A DNA stretch of 64,000 bases from Paraspadella gotoi (Eukaryota > Animalia > Chaetognatha), in contig CM119263.1 in assembly GCA_051294375.1 (NCBI GenBank), positions 30,381,376 through 30,445,375 of the forward strand, in the 5' to 3' direction. Below are positions 37,961 through 51,299 of this stretch, piece after piece; the stretch's first letter is position 1, and each line of letters starts with the position of its first letter. The translations under genes were made by a program, and so were the position numbers. The notes under the pieces were generated by a model that saw only the letters and a list, made by a program, of their open reading frames with translations, was not told the DNA's origin and did not search any database.

Positions 37961-39379
37961 TTGCTCAATATCTTTATTTATTTAGGATCTTAATGAGAAA
38001 TAAATTATGAGCATATTTGTATTTTTTGTCCGCCTTTCCACCAAGTCTTAGCAAGATTTCTTTTTACCTTTTTAGTGGCGGGTTAGCTTTACTTTCATTA
38101 GCTAATAGAAAGTTAATAAAAAAAGCTACTGACAGAACATTTTAAATTTTACGATGAGGCGAATGTAATTATTTTATTATTATTATTTATTCTTATTAAA
38201 TTAACGTTATAATATAAAATCAAATTTATAACTAGTAGTTTTTCAAGATTCAAAAAAAGAGTAGATTAACTTTCTACACTGAAATTTTATCATTAATACA
38301 ACGAATGTTATTATTTGCAGGCATTTTTAGCGTCTTTAAAAATCGTACCGCCTTTATACATAACTTCCAAGGTGTCTTAGCCTATTGAGCAATGATTAAA
38401 AAGACGTCAATGATAATTTTGCTATAAAAACCAGACAAGATTAAACTTAAAGTTTAACAACATTTGTGAGCAATTACAGTTGATTTTGAACGATAAGATT
38501 AGATTAAATAAAAAAATTCTTTGTTCAAAACTTAATTAAACAACACTCGTCGTTAAGGCGATAAAGTGTTTTCTGTAAAAATTCAACTGTTACCAGAAAT
38601 AAATTTTAGAGAATATTTGTTATGAATCAACTGAACAAACCAAGTTTTGTTGTCATCGGATGTCAATTCAAAAATTATTATTTTTGATGAATAAAAACAC
38701 GTTTGATCTTTTGTCAAGATATTTTCACCTCGCAACTCGTTGAATTATTTTTTATAGACCATGGAAGACATACAAACAAAGTTATAAAAAGAGCCAAAAT
38801 GCTATAAAAACAGGATGTACTTCATTAAAATGGTACATCTATATCTTGAATTAAGAGGGAAAAAGGATAGAAGATCTCACAACGAGACTTTATTGTAAAG
38901 GGAAAGCGAAGAGTAAGAAAATTAGAGGTAAGAGTGAAGAGTCTAGATACTGATTGTTTATTGAAGAGGAGGAGGACGAAGATGAGGGAAGAAGAATATA
39001 AGAAATCAAAGACAAACAGTGAAAAGGGAGGAGGTTGAGGAAAAAGGTAATCATTATGATGAGGAAAAGACTGGGATTTCCTTACAGGAAAAAAAAGAGC
39101 AATTTGAAAACGAGACTATAAACGAATAGAACGATAAGCAGAGCCTCTCTGCCAGAGGAGATTTATTATTAAAAGAAAGAAGAGAAAGAAGCGAAAATAA
39201 AAACGAGAAGGAAGACAGAAGAAGAAGAAAATCCTTTTTAAAAACATAGGAAAGAAGAAGAGAAAAACGAAAACGAGGCTGGGAAGAGAAGTCAATGTTA
39301 ATCCAATAGAAGGAGAAAGAAAAGGAAGAGCGAAAGAAGAGGAATCAACGGTTTTCGATGAAATCGAAGAAAAAGATGT

Positions 39380-39560
39380 TTTGAACTCGCGCCACGCAAG
39401 GCAACACCCGGCCGCGTTTTTGTCCCTCACTTGTTCATCGTTATTTACAATGTTTATCGAAATTTATCCCGCGTCTGGTTTTAAACACGTCCCTTCGAAC
39501 CGCTTCACCTGATTTTCTAGTCAATTTCGAAAAATCCGGTCCAAGAAACCGTTTAGGTCG
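39380..39560. promoter_or_regulatory. Probable bidirectional promoter between PAIP2 (-) and LIN37 (+)
   Basis: CpG-rich patch between divergent genes; a pyrimidine-rich minus-strand 5'UTR exon with a GTAAGG donor near 39085. Confidence 0.4.
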
Positions 39561-39563
39561 ACA

Positions 39564-42074
39564 ATGAATTCGTCGACGCCAGAACTAAAGGCGTCGCGTC
39601 ACCGCCTCGACGCGGCCTTACAGGGTGCTCTTTCTCGCCGACGTCCGAGTTCCGGGAGTGACTCGGAAGACGACGGAGATGGAGACGGTCATAAACACGG
39701 AAGGAGGCCGCCGAGGAAGCGACGGAGGAAGGACGAATACGACGACGGAGGTTCTTATCATTACACGTGAGAAAAATCGTTTCCGTTTTATCTTAGCAGT
39801 AGTGACGTGACTGATAATACTAAAATATGGGCTGCCACCTGAAACGTTAAATTACAAAATCATTAGTTTGCTTGTTCTAAATCATAAATGACGTACCGCC
39901 AACTTTAATCAACGTTTTAAGCATTAGTAAACTTTTTGTTACGGTATTGGTGCCATCTCTATTTGACGATTTCTAATTTTGCCATTTGACTCGACTCTCC
40001 CGCGCTCCATCCCTTCGCAGCTACGTGATGAAGCTATTCGATCGATCCGTTGACCTCGCGCAATTCGGCGACTCCACGCCCCTTTACCCAATCGCTCGGG
40101 CCTGGATGCAGAACCGGCCTCACGATCGACGCACGCGCACGGCCGCCACACTCGACATCGACGTGGAGAAACGCGATGCGTCGTTAGAGGGCGACAGTGG
40201 CGAAGGAAGAGACGTCGCGCTGGAAGTGGGCGCCTCGGTGAGTTCGTCGCTACGACGATCACATTCCAAGTAATCCGCTTTTTATTATTTTCTATCGCCG
40301 ATAGGGCGCGTCCATTTCCTCTACTGGTATTCCCGATTGCCACGCCCTCCCACCGCCTAACGAGAGCGTCGCTTCGGCGCCTTTTCCGGTCGTCACGCCG
40401 TCTCAGTGGCCCAAGGAAAGTTTTTTCGTCCACTCGGATTTGGGAGGTGAGACGAAGGAATGATGATGATGATCTACAAATTACATATCTACATATTGAT
40501 AAAGAAAAACATCGATTTGGGAAACCGTGCTAATTTTATTTAGACCATGCATTCAAACCATTTAGCTGGTTCATTATTCAAGGCCAGAGAAATTGTGGTG
40601 AGGTAAAAAATTATTTACAAATAAGAGAAGGTGAGAGGAAGAGGAGGAGACTCAGAGAGAGAGAAAGAGAGAGAGAGAGAGAAACTTTCAACCAAAAAGG
40701 GATTAATCCCTCATCCCCCTCCCCCCCTTGTTCTTCGTCCGGGATGTAGGTGGTCCAGGATTGACTTCCATGCATCTGTTTTCACGTATGCTCCTTTGTC
40801 TTTGTTGAGCCCTTTGCCTGGTCCACAATCAAAATGACGAATCCAAAGAGCTTCTTCCACTCTTAGATGGTGCTTGAGCATTCTTTGATATTTGATTCGT
40901 GGCTGAGAGATGATTTCAGGTTCCCAGATGAAAGGGGATCGCAATGCTCTCGATGTTGTGTCAAGCCGGAATGACGCCAATTACCCGACTCGGCTGCTCT
41001 TGGTGTTCTGCCGTTCGAGTTTCAAAACTACGACAGGTTTCTCCAATGTATCGAGCCTTAGGAGAGCAAGAGCAACGAAAGCTATAGATTCGCGTCCCTT
41101 TTTTGGCGACGGCTTTTTGTTTGGGGCGCAGAGGATGTTTGCCAGCGTCTGTCCGCTCCTGCTAAAGAGTGATGCTCCTGCCTTTTTAAAAGCTCTTTGC
41201 AGTTGTTGGGTGATACCTGGAAGGTATGGAAGGCAGTTCAGCAAAAAGGTTTGCTACAGTTGGTTGTTGTTGTGATCGTTGTAGTACATCTTGTTGTTGC
41301 TGTAGTTGTCTTTGTTTTCGTTTTATCTGATGGTGGTATTCATCAGTAATTTTTTGTAAAGTCTTTCTGTTATGGCCTTGTCTTCATATATGTCTAGGAT
41401 AAGTTTTTTTTCTTTTTCCAATAATTCCGTTGAGGAGCATAATCTTTTGGCACAACAAAGCTCACCCTTGAGTGTTGATATGTGGACATTAGGATGGTGA
41501 CAGGATTGCGGTTTCAGGGTAACGTTTGTCGCTGTTGGTTTTCGGTAGACAGAAGTTTCAAGGGTTCCATCATCTTTTTTTTTTTTTTTTTTTTTTTTTT
41601 TTGGACTAAAACGTCCAAAAATGGAAGTTTTCCATCTTCTTCCAATTCTCTTGTGAAGCGAAATAATTTTTTACCTCACCACAATTTCTCTGGCCTTGAA
41701 TAATGAACCAGCTAAATGGTTTGAATGCATGGTCTAAATAAAATTAGCACTGTTTCCCAATCGATGTTTTTCTTTATCAAACTACTCGGTGCATGAGATG
41801 ACACTTAACAATATATCTACATATTGTTGTTGTTGCCGTCGATGTTATAAATATAATTCTTGGATTTCTTTTATTTTAAAGAATCGTCTCCCTTCGAACC
41901 TCCTCCTCCGACCGGACCACCTTCCGCCAGCGACCTCTTGACGGGACACTTGGGTCGATGGCGCGGCGTCCGTGACTCTTGGCGCCGACGCTCTCTCGCC
42001 GTTGAGGCCCGTTATTCTCGCAGCATGGCGCTCTTGAAACGCATGTTTGACGAGAGTCAGGCTTCATTAGGCTG
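39564..42074 (+). CDS. LIN37: LIN37, DREAM/MuvB core subunit
   Basis: [32 protein letters not shown] and C-terminal [18 protein letters not shown]; four exons. Confidence 0.92.
40499..41812 (-). mobile_element. 5'-truncated, decayed Penelope-like retroelement in LIN37 intron 3
   Basis: Minus-strand RT C-terminus ([26 protein letters not shown]), linker [17 protein letters not shown], and GIY-YIG-like end ([15 protein letters not shown]). About 120-bp inverted repeat at 40496-40616 / 41661-41780. Direct repeat ATATCTACATATTG at 40485 and 41813. Confidence 0.88.
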
Positions 42075-42227
42075 ACGCCATTTTCGGGATCGAATTCCCT
42101 CGCAACTAATTTTTTTGTTTTTTAAGTTAATTTTTCCGTTTTCGCATTGAATATTTAACATTTATTGTATTTTGAACTCTTCTTATCTCTATTTCTTAGT
42201 TTGTTAAGTAAGGAACTGATAAAAAAA

Positions 42228-43530
42228 ATGCCTCGAGCTAAAAAATCAACGAGGAAGACAGCGACGGGAGCTCGGAAGACCGGCACCAGCGAATTCCCTC
42301 CACTGCCTGGTTAGCGCTCTGTGTCTTACACGTTACTTATGTTATTGTATGTAATATATAATGTATAGTAGTATTCAGAATATTTTATTCGCACCTTGCG
42401 TCTCGTCTCGTCTCGTCTAATGTTATCTCCTGCGGATTCCCCTCAGGCTCCAGAGAGGATCGTCGGGCGAAGCTGGACATGTACCTCAAGGATTTCGATG
42501 TTCAGGTTGAGAGCAGAATTCGCGAAATGAAGAAGCAGCACAAGAGTTTGATCAGCAAATTCGACTCCGACTGGCGACTTTACAAGATGAAGATTCCGCC
42601 GGAGGTTAGAGTCGAAACTCCTTTTTCTTCCATCTGCAAATTCTTCGCAAGATCTTTATTTCTCACTCTTCCTCACAACCGTCACTTTTCCCCTTAGGTG
42701 ATGTCGATGACTCTGGATCGTTTCATCCACGAATTCGACGGCGACGTCTCCGTTTATCACCAAAAGATGGCGGCGTCGCCGGACGAGAGCATCGATAACC
42801 TCGTCGACAACCTTCTCGACGCCGATCTCGAACCCAAACGCCCCTCGCCGTCCAACTCCACCTCCTCTCTAGGCCGCTCGGACGAAGAGAACGCTGAGGG
42901 CGCCCCCGCGGCTTCCCTGCCGCGGCTGTTGGGCACCCCGCCTCTCCCTGGATTCGACGCTGCCACCCCTGCCGCAACAGGGACTCAACGACGACCCCTC
43001 GCCGATTTCCCACCGGCCAACGTTCGACCCCCCCGCCTATCGGAAGAGAACCGCCCGCTGAGCAAACCCGTCCTCGTGCACGAGTCGCAGAAGGGAAGCC
43101 CTTTGGTGCAGGTGGGAACGATGCTGCGGCGTTGTTTGTCGGAAATAGTAAGGTGTTTTAGGTTATTGAACTGTATTATATTTATATTTGGTTGTTCCTT
43201 TGTCCGATCCTGTACCGTACATGTTTTTTTACGTGTCCGACTCTCAGCTGATCGAGGAAAAAAAACGGTGAATGTTAGTTAGTGAATGTTAGTGAATGTT
43301 AGTTTTAGTTGGTTGTACCTTCATGATTTAGTCTCATTATCTATTTAATAAAGTCGGTGATTTATTAACATTTTTTTTTCTTTCTTCAGTCATTGGACGA
43401 AATGAGTTCTCCTGAATTGCAACGAGTCATTTCGCGAATCTACAAGAGTCGATTGGAGAAGAAGGAACGCGGACAATCGGTCACGGATTCTAAGGGAAGA
43501 GAAAAAGTTGATGCCGTTGTTGGCTCCTAA
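42228..43530 (+). CDS. CDCA8: Borealin (chromosomal passenger complex subunit)
   Basis: Nbl1/Borealin N-terminal-like KLDMYLKDFDVQVESRIREMK..KMKIPPEVMSMTLDRF and SQKGSPL motif; four exons. Confidence 0.78.
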
Positions 43531-43882
43531 CTTTATTCCTTTTATTTTTAGATTTCGTAGCACAATTTTTTTAGTCGGATGGACGCCGTTTTATTTTTCT
43601 TTTTTTCTTCGGTGCCTTATTAACCGCGATAGTTGCCGTTTTTAAGTAATTTTCTGCTTGCTTTTTACCGATTCTGTACGTAGATCCCCCCCCATTTTTT
43701 TCTTGTATAAAATGATAACTTTTTGTTAGCGACAAAAAAAAAAGCTTGTTATTCGTTGCTAATCGTTATTGTTACTTTCGGCAATTAGCCGATTCCAAAT
43801 TGAAACATATACTTCATTGTAAATGCTTATCTTATAAAAAACCTAATTATTAAAAGGTTTACAGGTGATACTACTTTCTGAA

Positions 43883-46114
43883 ATGAACTCTCCCAAAACA
43901 AAAAAGAAAAGACCCAGCGACGATTTAGACGACGGCGACGACGAAACTCGGTCTCATCCTCGTGCGATCGAACCTAAGGTCGCCGAAAACGACGAGGCCG
44001 TTGAGGTAGCATCGAAAACGAATCTCGACCGAAATGGGACGCATCGCGACCAAAGCGACGCTCCCGCTGATGACGACGATGACGCCGAAGTTGCCTCAAA
44101 TGATCGAAATGCGTCGGAATCGTTCGTCGCGGCGGCGGATTCTCAGGAGGACAGCGTCATAGCGACGGATTTGCCGGAAACAAACCTTTTGCCGACGAAA
44201 GAGGAAGATTTCTCGGAATTTCGCGGCCTTCTGGATTTCGGTTATGACTTTGACTCTGAGGGAAGACTACGCGACCTCAAAACTGGAAATCCTTTTCAGT
44301 TTGCGAAGTTCGGGAGCAACAAAGCTAAGAATCAAAGAAGATACGAGGCTCTGGGAGAGATCGTCACTGAACACGTGTGAGACAAGAGATAGTAAATTTA
44401 TTTAAATATAAATTATAATACGTAATATTCGTAGAATTTGAAATACACGACTCATCACGTTCTCTTTCAGTTTCTCCCTCCTCGACTCCCACGGCCTCCG
44501 ACGCATCCAACTTCCCGTCGACGCCTCCGACTCGGAAGCCAAAGGCTTCGTTTTCGCCACGAGTGATTTTGAAGAGAATCCGAATCTCCTTGTCCTCGTC
44601 CATGGCACCGGAGTGGTATATTGGACATTGAATAAGATTAAATGTACATTTAACTTCGATTACATAACTAATTTTCATCCAGGTTCGCGCTGGCCAATGG
44701 TCTCGTCGACTCATCATCAACGACTCCCTCGACTCGGGGTCTCAACTGCCCTACATTCGCGAGGCCGTCGCCCTCGGATTCGCCGTCCTCGTTCTCAATA
44801 CCAACTACAACAAAGGTTTCGTCGAGGGAGATGATCGGCGGAAAGAGTCAATTCGAGGAAGCGAGACGGCGGAGAAGCACGGCCTCTACGTCTGGCAGAA
44901 TTTGATCATGAAGAAGATCAAGTTGGAAAGAGTCGTCGTCGTTGCTCACAGGTGAGGGACCCTACGACAATGTGTTCGTGTCAATAAGAATAGAAGAATG
45001 ACATATTAATAATAATAAGAATGTGGCATAATGAGAATAACGACATCAAGACAAACGATCCCATTAGATTACGAGGCCTTGGACCTGGACATGAAAATTA
45101 TTTCACTTATCCCAAATGCTGCAATATGCAAATTAGATTGAATAATTCAATCTCATTTTATAATGGATAATAAGTTCATTCCTTGAACCTAAATACCCTA
45201 AAATTTAGAGGCATTCTAACATTATTATCTTGTCATACATTGCTATATTCCTATATCTTGTATTAATCTTCATAACAAAATCCTCAACTTATTTTTGTCT
45301 TGAGTTTCGGCGGCGTGGTCACCGTCCGCGTCGCCCTCGCCTTCCCCGAATCTTGGATCGACAAAGTCGCCGCCGTCGCCTTCACCGATTCCGTCCACTC
45401 GGAAATCCTCCTCAAAGCAAATCTCAAGATCGGAACCTGGTTCGCCGACAACAGGTTTCTCAATCTATGACTTTCTTAAAATTGTTGTCGGTCATGTAAC
45501 CTTCAGTCGTGACCCGGTGGCTCTCGACCATCAGGTACCGGGATCGATTCCCAATGGTACTTAACCTGCGGGAAGCGTGAGGACGGCCGTAAACCGTCCA
45601 CTGGAAGCAGTGTAAGGCGATTTAAAATCCGGGGGGCATGTCGTGTGTTATTAGAATCAAGATCAACATCTCATGAAGCCTGTTGTGTGTTTGAGAGAGA
45701 GACACGCTATTGTTATCAAGCCAAAACAAAACAAAAACGAACTGCGATTAATTTCTCTCTATTCATCGAGAAACTTTCAAGCCAGAAACTGAATCTTTCC
45801 TAGCCAATAATTAATACCCTACGTTAATTGCTTACCTGTCTTTTTAACATTTTCTTTTTTAAAAATTAAACTGTTTTTAAACATTTTCTCTTCTCTCTCC
45901 CCTTCACCCCGGAAGTTTGAACTGGGTGACGTCGAGCGAAGAGATCGACACCCCCGTCGACTCTAGCGCCTCTATGGGCGTGGTCCCCCGCGTCTCCGCC
46001 GGCCATACGCGCCACGAGAACACCTCATCCTCAGCCTTCGCCTCCATCTTCGAGTTTTTCACGCGGAAACTGCGAAAGGAGAAGGAAGACGCGGGTGGTG
46101 AATGTGGGGATTGA
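43883..46114 (+). CDS. FAM172A: FAM172A/ARB2A cotranscriptional regulator (Arb2 domain)
   Basis: [63 protein letters not shown]. Confidence 0.92.
45509..45630 (+). mobile_element. tRNA-derived SINE-like element, family A (internally deleted head)
   Basis: GTGACCCGGTGGCTC..GACCAT..TACCGGGATCGAT.CCCAATGGT shared with the element at 6628. Confidence 0.55.
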
Positions 46115-46607
46115 GATGACGGGGATGTGAGGGGAACTGGGGAAAGGAAGACGCGGGTGGGGAATCTGGAGAGTGGGGATTGAGAATTTAGGGAATGTAG
46201 GGGAAATTGGGTAAGGAAGACGATATTTCGCAAAGGTCTTTCACAAATTTTGAACAAACTCGTTTATTCAATTATTTACAAATTAATTATACATCTTCTC
46301 ATGTGTTGAAACGTATCGTTATTTGTCATTACCGATAAAGGTTTCTTGAAGTTTCGTGGCCTTTTACCAATTTGTTGATCCCGTTGCAACTTATGCATTT
46401 CATGTTTTACTTATAATTCTTTAATATTTACTATTTACTTCTTTCTTTTTCAGTTTTAGCGAAGTTCATTAGATCGTGAACCGTAAGAAAAAATAAAGGA
46501 AAACCGTTAAAACTTAATAATTGTCTTTTTACCGAATTTCTGATTGTTAAAAAAAAGACCAAAAAAAAAAAACCCAAAAAATAAAAAAAGAATACAAATT
46601 TTAAAAA

Positions 46608-49600
46608 ATGGTAGAGAATCGCGACGACTACGATTCAGACTCTCGAGATTCGAGCGAAGAGGAACCCGACTTCAGTGACCCGGAAAACTTCATCGATCCC
46701 GTCACCGACGACGAACTTCTCGGCGACATCCTCAAGAAGAAGCCCAAGGAGGAGTTCGGCATCGACTCTTACATCGTCGTCGACAACATTCCTCAGGTTC
46801 GTCTCCCATTTACATGTTGCGGTCTTATTTCTTTTTTGGATTTACATGGCTTGATCTGATATTACTTGTGGGTGCAACCAATATAAAAATTATAAACTTA
46901 TTAAATTTACTAGCTTTGTTGACCCTAACTTTGGATAGTCTATGGTGGGTTAAGTCCTCGGCTAAATTTTACTTTCGCGGTTTTGGAAAAACTATTAAAT
47001 TACCTAATTACCCTAACCCTAAACCCAGTTAACCCTAAACCACCCCTAAACCACCCTTAACCCTAACCCCTCCCTAACCCCGGTTGGCGAAAGTAAAAGT
47101 AACCCAAGTCGGGCTTATAATATAAGATAGTAACATCATTAACTAATTTTTTTAAAGCAAAAAAAGTTGCATATTTGTTTGCACGGAATTGATGGAACGC
47201 TTCATTTTACCCATCCCCCCTCTTTTCTCCCCCTTGAATCCCAAAAGGTTGGAACCGATCGTCTGGAGAAACTTCAAAATGTCATCCGCCGAATCTTCTC
47301 GAAATTCGGTCCCATTGAGAGCGAGCATTATCCGATGGAGGGGGAGGGCGAAGACGCCAAGACCAAGGTTGGCGGTCGAGGCCATCTTTGTCGTCGTGGT
47401 CGACTTTTTCATTTGCGCCCTTCTTACTTTTCCCATCTCCAGGGCTACATCTTCATCGAGTACAAGAACGAGCAACACGCGGCGGAGGCGGTGAAGGCGA
47501 CCAACGGCTACAAACTGGACAAGACTCACACCTTCGCCTGTAACGTATTTTCCGATCTGGACAAGTACGAGAAGATCGAAGATGAGTGGCGGGAACCCCA
47601 GCCCCAGCCTTACAAGGACCACGGCAACCTTAAGTCCTGGCTGCTTAACCCGGACTGCGTCGATCAGTTCAGCATCATTTATGAGGGTAAGGAAAGGGGA
47701 AGGTCAATCTAATTTACTGTGTACTCAACTATTTACGGAATTTAAAACTTCAAAGGACCCCGTTAAAATTTAAGGCCTAATAAAAAGAATTTTAACTTAA
47801 TTATGAAATCGAAATAAACGTGTTGATGTGAAAAATAAATTAAAAAAAAAAAAAAACGCGCGAATAAAATTGAAAGAAAAAAAAAAACGAAACTCGAATC
47901 GGATGTTATTTTTTGTCCCTTTTTCTTTCTCCCACTCATTCTCTGGCAGGCGGAGAAAAGACCTGCGTCTACTCTAACACTCAACCCGAGCCTTCCGTCG
48001 TCATGCAGCGCAGCAAGTGGACAGAGACTTACCTCCGTTGGTCGCCCAAGGGGACTTACCTCGCCACCTTCCACCAGCGCGGCATCGCTCTCTGGGGCGG
48101 CGACAACTTTCAGCAAATCCAAAAGTTCGCCCACGTCGGCGTCCAGCTTATTGACTTTTCTCCCTGCGAGAGGCGAGTTATTATGAAGCTCTTTTCCTTC
48201 AGTCTTGTCGAATAAGTGTATTTGCATATTACAATACTAATTTGTAAATCGGAAATCAAGCTCACCTTAATTAAAAGCCACTTGAATCCGTTTTGGTTAC
48301 CAAAAGCGATCTCGATCACCTTGGTTGATTAAATGTCACGTGAAAACGTGAGAGAGAGTTGAGTCTCGACTCTGGAAGACAAAAAAGGCTTTGAAAGACC
48401 AAAGAAAATTCTTGACTTGGAACCAACCTTTTACTAGTTAATAGTTTGATTTGGTCTTTTCATGCCAATAATATAAAAGGAAAACAAATTATTTCTGGAA
48501 GTAACATAATATTTATTTTTAAGTGCTTATTTAAAAATAAATATTATGTTACTTCCAGAAATAATTTGTTTTCCTTTTATATTATTGGCATGAAAAGACC
48601 AAATCAAACTATTAACTAGTAAAAGGTTGGTTCCAAGTCAAGAATTTTCTTTGGTCTTTCAAAGCCTTTTTTTTTTTTTTTTTGGCTCTTTATGTGAAAC
48701 TATATTAGATGTACTTTTTATTCCCTCATGCCTTTTCCTTTAGGTACCTCGTGACCTTCTCCCCCGTTCAGGACAACCACGAAGACCCTTCGGCCGTCAT
48801 CTTCTGGGACATTCGCACCGGAGCCAAGAAGAGAGGTTTCCACTCGGAAAAGGCCGTCACGTGGCCCATGTTTAAGTGGAGCGGGGACGGGAAATATTTT
48901 GCAAGGTCTGCTAACAAATTATTCTAATCAATTCACTAACATATGAATTGATTGATGTTGTAATAGTGTAGTCGTTTTAATAATGTTTTTTCTCATTCTT
49001 TCCCAGACTCGGGCAAGACGCTTTGATGGTGTACGAGACTCCCAGCTTCGGACTCCTCGACAAGAAGAGCATGAAAATCCCCGCCATCAAAGACTTTTCC
49101 TGGTCGCCCTCCGACAACGTCGTCGCTTACTGGGTCAGACAATCGGCTCTGTCTTCGTTGGGATGTTCCGGCCTCTTGTCTTCTATGCAATTTTCCACTC
49201 TCTCTCTCTCTTTTTCGATTCAGGTTCCGGAAAACGGTGACGTTCCCGCCCGCGTGACCCTGACCGAGATTCCCTCGCGCAACGAACGCAAATGCAAGAA
49301 CATCTTCAACGTCGCCGACATCAAGATGAACTGGCACAAGAACGGAGACTTCCTTTGCGTCAAGGTCGACCGCTACACCAAGGTCAAGCGGGAGAAGGAC
49401 GGAAACAAATACAGGTGAGGAAAGGAAAGGCGAAGGGGAAAATCATGACGAATCTATTTGGCATTTTTTGGCAGTAAGCTTAGCTGGTTTAGATTTACCG
49501 GCGACACTGCGATCTTTACTAATTTTGCCGTTTCAATCATTAGCAATAAATGAAATTGAATTAAATCAATTAAAAGCTATTATCTTTATCATTATCTTTC

Positions 49601-50876
49601 TTCTCACAGCGGGATCAGCTACCACTTTGAAGTCTTCCGAATGCGCGAAAAGCAAGTCCCCGTGGACAACGTCGAGTTCAAGGAACCCATCTCCGCTTTC
49701 GCCTGGGAACCAACCGGGTCCAAGTTCGCCGTCATCTGGGGAGAGACCCCGCGCATCAATGTTTCTTTTTACAACGTCAAGGCCGAAGCCAAGGTAATGT
49801 TTGGAGAAACAACTCTCTAATTCTATCCTTAATAATTAAATCTTTTTTTTTTTTTTTTTTTTTTTTTGCCAGGTGGAGCACCTTAAAACGTTAGAGCGAC
49901 GACAGGCCAATCATCTCTTCTGGTCGCCCGCGGGGAAGTTCATCATTTTGGCCGGACTGAGGCAAATGAACGGCGTCTTGGAGTTTATCGACACTTCGGG
50001 TCAGTTTCATTTATTTCATTTCATTTGCCATTGGCTTCTTTGCTTTGATTTTAAGACAATTTAGGACAATTATTTAACAATTACTTAACTGCTGATTAAA
50101 TCTTAAATTTTAAACCTTAAGCGATATAGAATAGAAATGCATCTATATTTAATCCAGACGTCACTATGCAAATGTGATTGACATTTGAAATGATCTACAA
50201 ATTACTTTGCTCCACCAGACATGACTGTGATGGCATCGAATGAGCACTTCATGGCCTCCGACGTGGAGTGGGATCCGACCGGGCGATACGTGACGACGGC
50301 CGTGTCCTGGTGGGCGCACAAGGTCGACAACGCCTTCTGGATCTGGACCTTCCAGGGCCGACCTCTGCAAAAGCACCCCATGGACAGATTCTGCCAATTC
50401 CTTTGGCGACCGCGGCCCCCGAGCCTCTTGTCAGGTAGGTTATCCATTTTGTGGAATTGTTTAAACTTTTTTACTTCATTTGCTTCACTCTTCCCACAGA
50501 CGAGCAGCGCAAAGAGATCAAGAAGAACATGAAGAAATATCAAGGTCAGTTTGAGCTCAAAGACCGGATGTCGCAGAGCAAGGCCTCCAAGGAAATGGTG
50601 GAGAAGAGGAGGAAGATGAAGACCGACTTCGACTCTTGGCGCGCTAACGCTCAGCAAGAGTACGAGGCCAACAAGGTGAGCATTTCACGAAGAGGTTAGT
50701 TTTAGTTAAGTTCAACTTTTAATTCAGTTCTCGGTTATAAATATAATTCGCAGGCGTGGCGCGTGGCGGCTCGGAACGGGTTCGACACTGACAACCTCAC
50801 CTCCAACATTCAAGATTTCGACGAAGAAACCGTGGAATTTTTGGTCGACACGAAAGAATACATCGTCGAGGAGTAG
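46608..50876 (+). CDS. EIF3B: Eukaryotic translation initiation factor 3 subunit B
   Basis: [13 protein letters not shown] ([29 protein letters not shown]), [49 protein letters not shown]. Confidence 0.97.
46957..47115. mobile_element. Short element with inverted ends and degenerate (TAACCC)n core, Helentron/HINE-like
   Basis: TTTTACTTTCGC and GCGAAAGTAAAA flank CCCTAA-type repeats. Confidence 0.5.
48381..48672. repeat. Perfect inverted repeat (142-bp arms, 8-nt loop) in an EIF3B intron
   Basis: 48381-48522 is the reverse complement of 48531-48672; loop GTGCTTAT. Confidence 0.95.
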
Positions 50877-50877
50877 A

Positions 50878-50880
<3 letters not shown>

Positions 50881-50928
<48 letters not shown>
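50881..50928. repeat. (TC)n microsatellite directly after the EIF3B stop codon
   Basis: Directly visible. Confidence 0.95.
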
Positions 50929-50931
<3 letters not shown>

Positions 50932-51299
50932 GGATTGTTTTAAAAAAAAAAATTAAAAAACTGCGTTGGCTCAAGACGGAACTTTTAAAAGTACCTCACC
51001 TTCTAAAATACGACTACTTCTGGTGGACAGTTTAGAAGAACTACATCGGATTATAATAAAACAAATACTTTACAGAAAATTTGTTTATTTTCTAGGAGTT
51101 TAATTTTTAGTTAAACGTTACCGATAATTTTTTCCCTTTTTTTTGGGAAAAGAAATCGAATTTTCTTTTTTTCTCCGTCGCGATTCATTAGTAGCGTTTC
51201 AGTTTTTCCATTTTACTTTTCTATTCACATCTTTTTTTTTGGTTTCTTTCTAATTAATTTTTTTTCTTTTTTAAAAACAAGGTAAATTATGTTAGATAA

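Noticed and set aside
47005-47080. Interstitial telomere
   Set aside because: Repeats are short, degenerate and enclosed by inverted ends, which fits a transposon-internal tract
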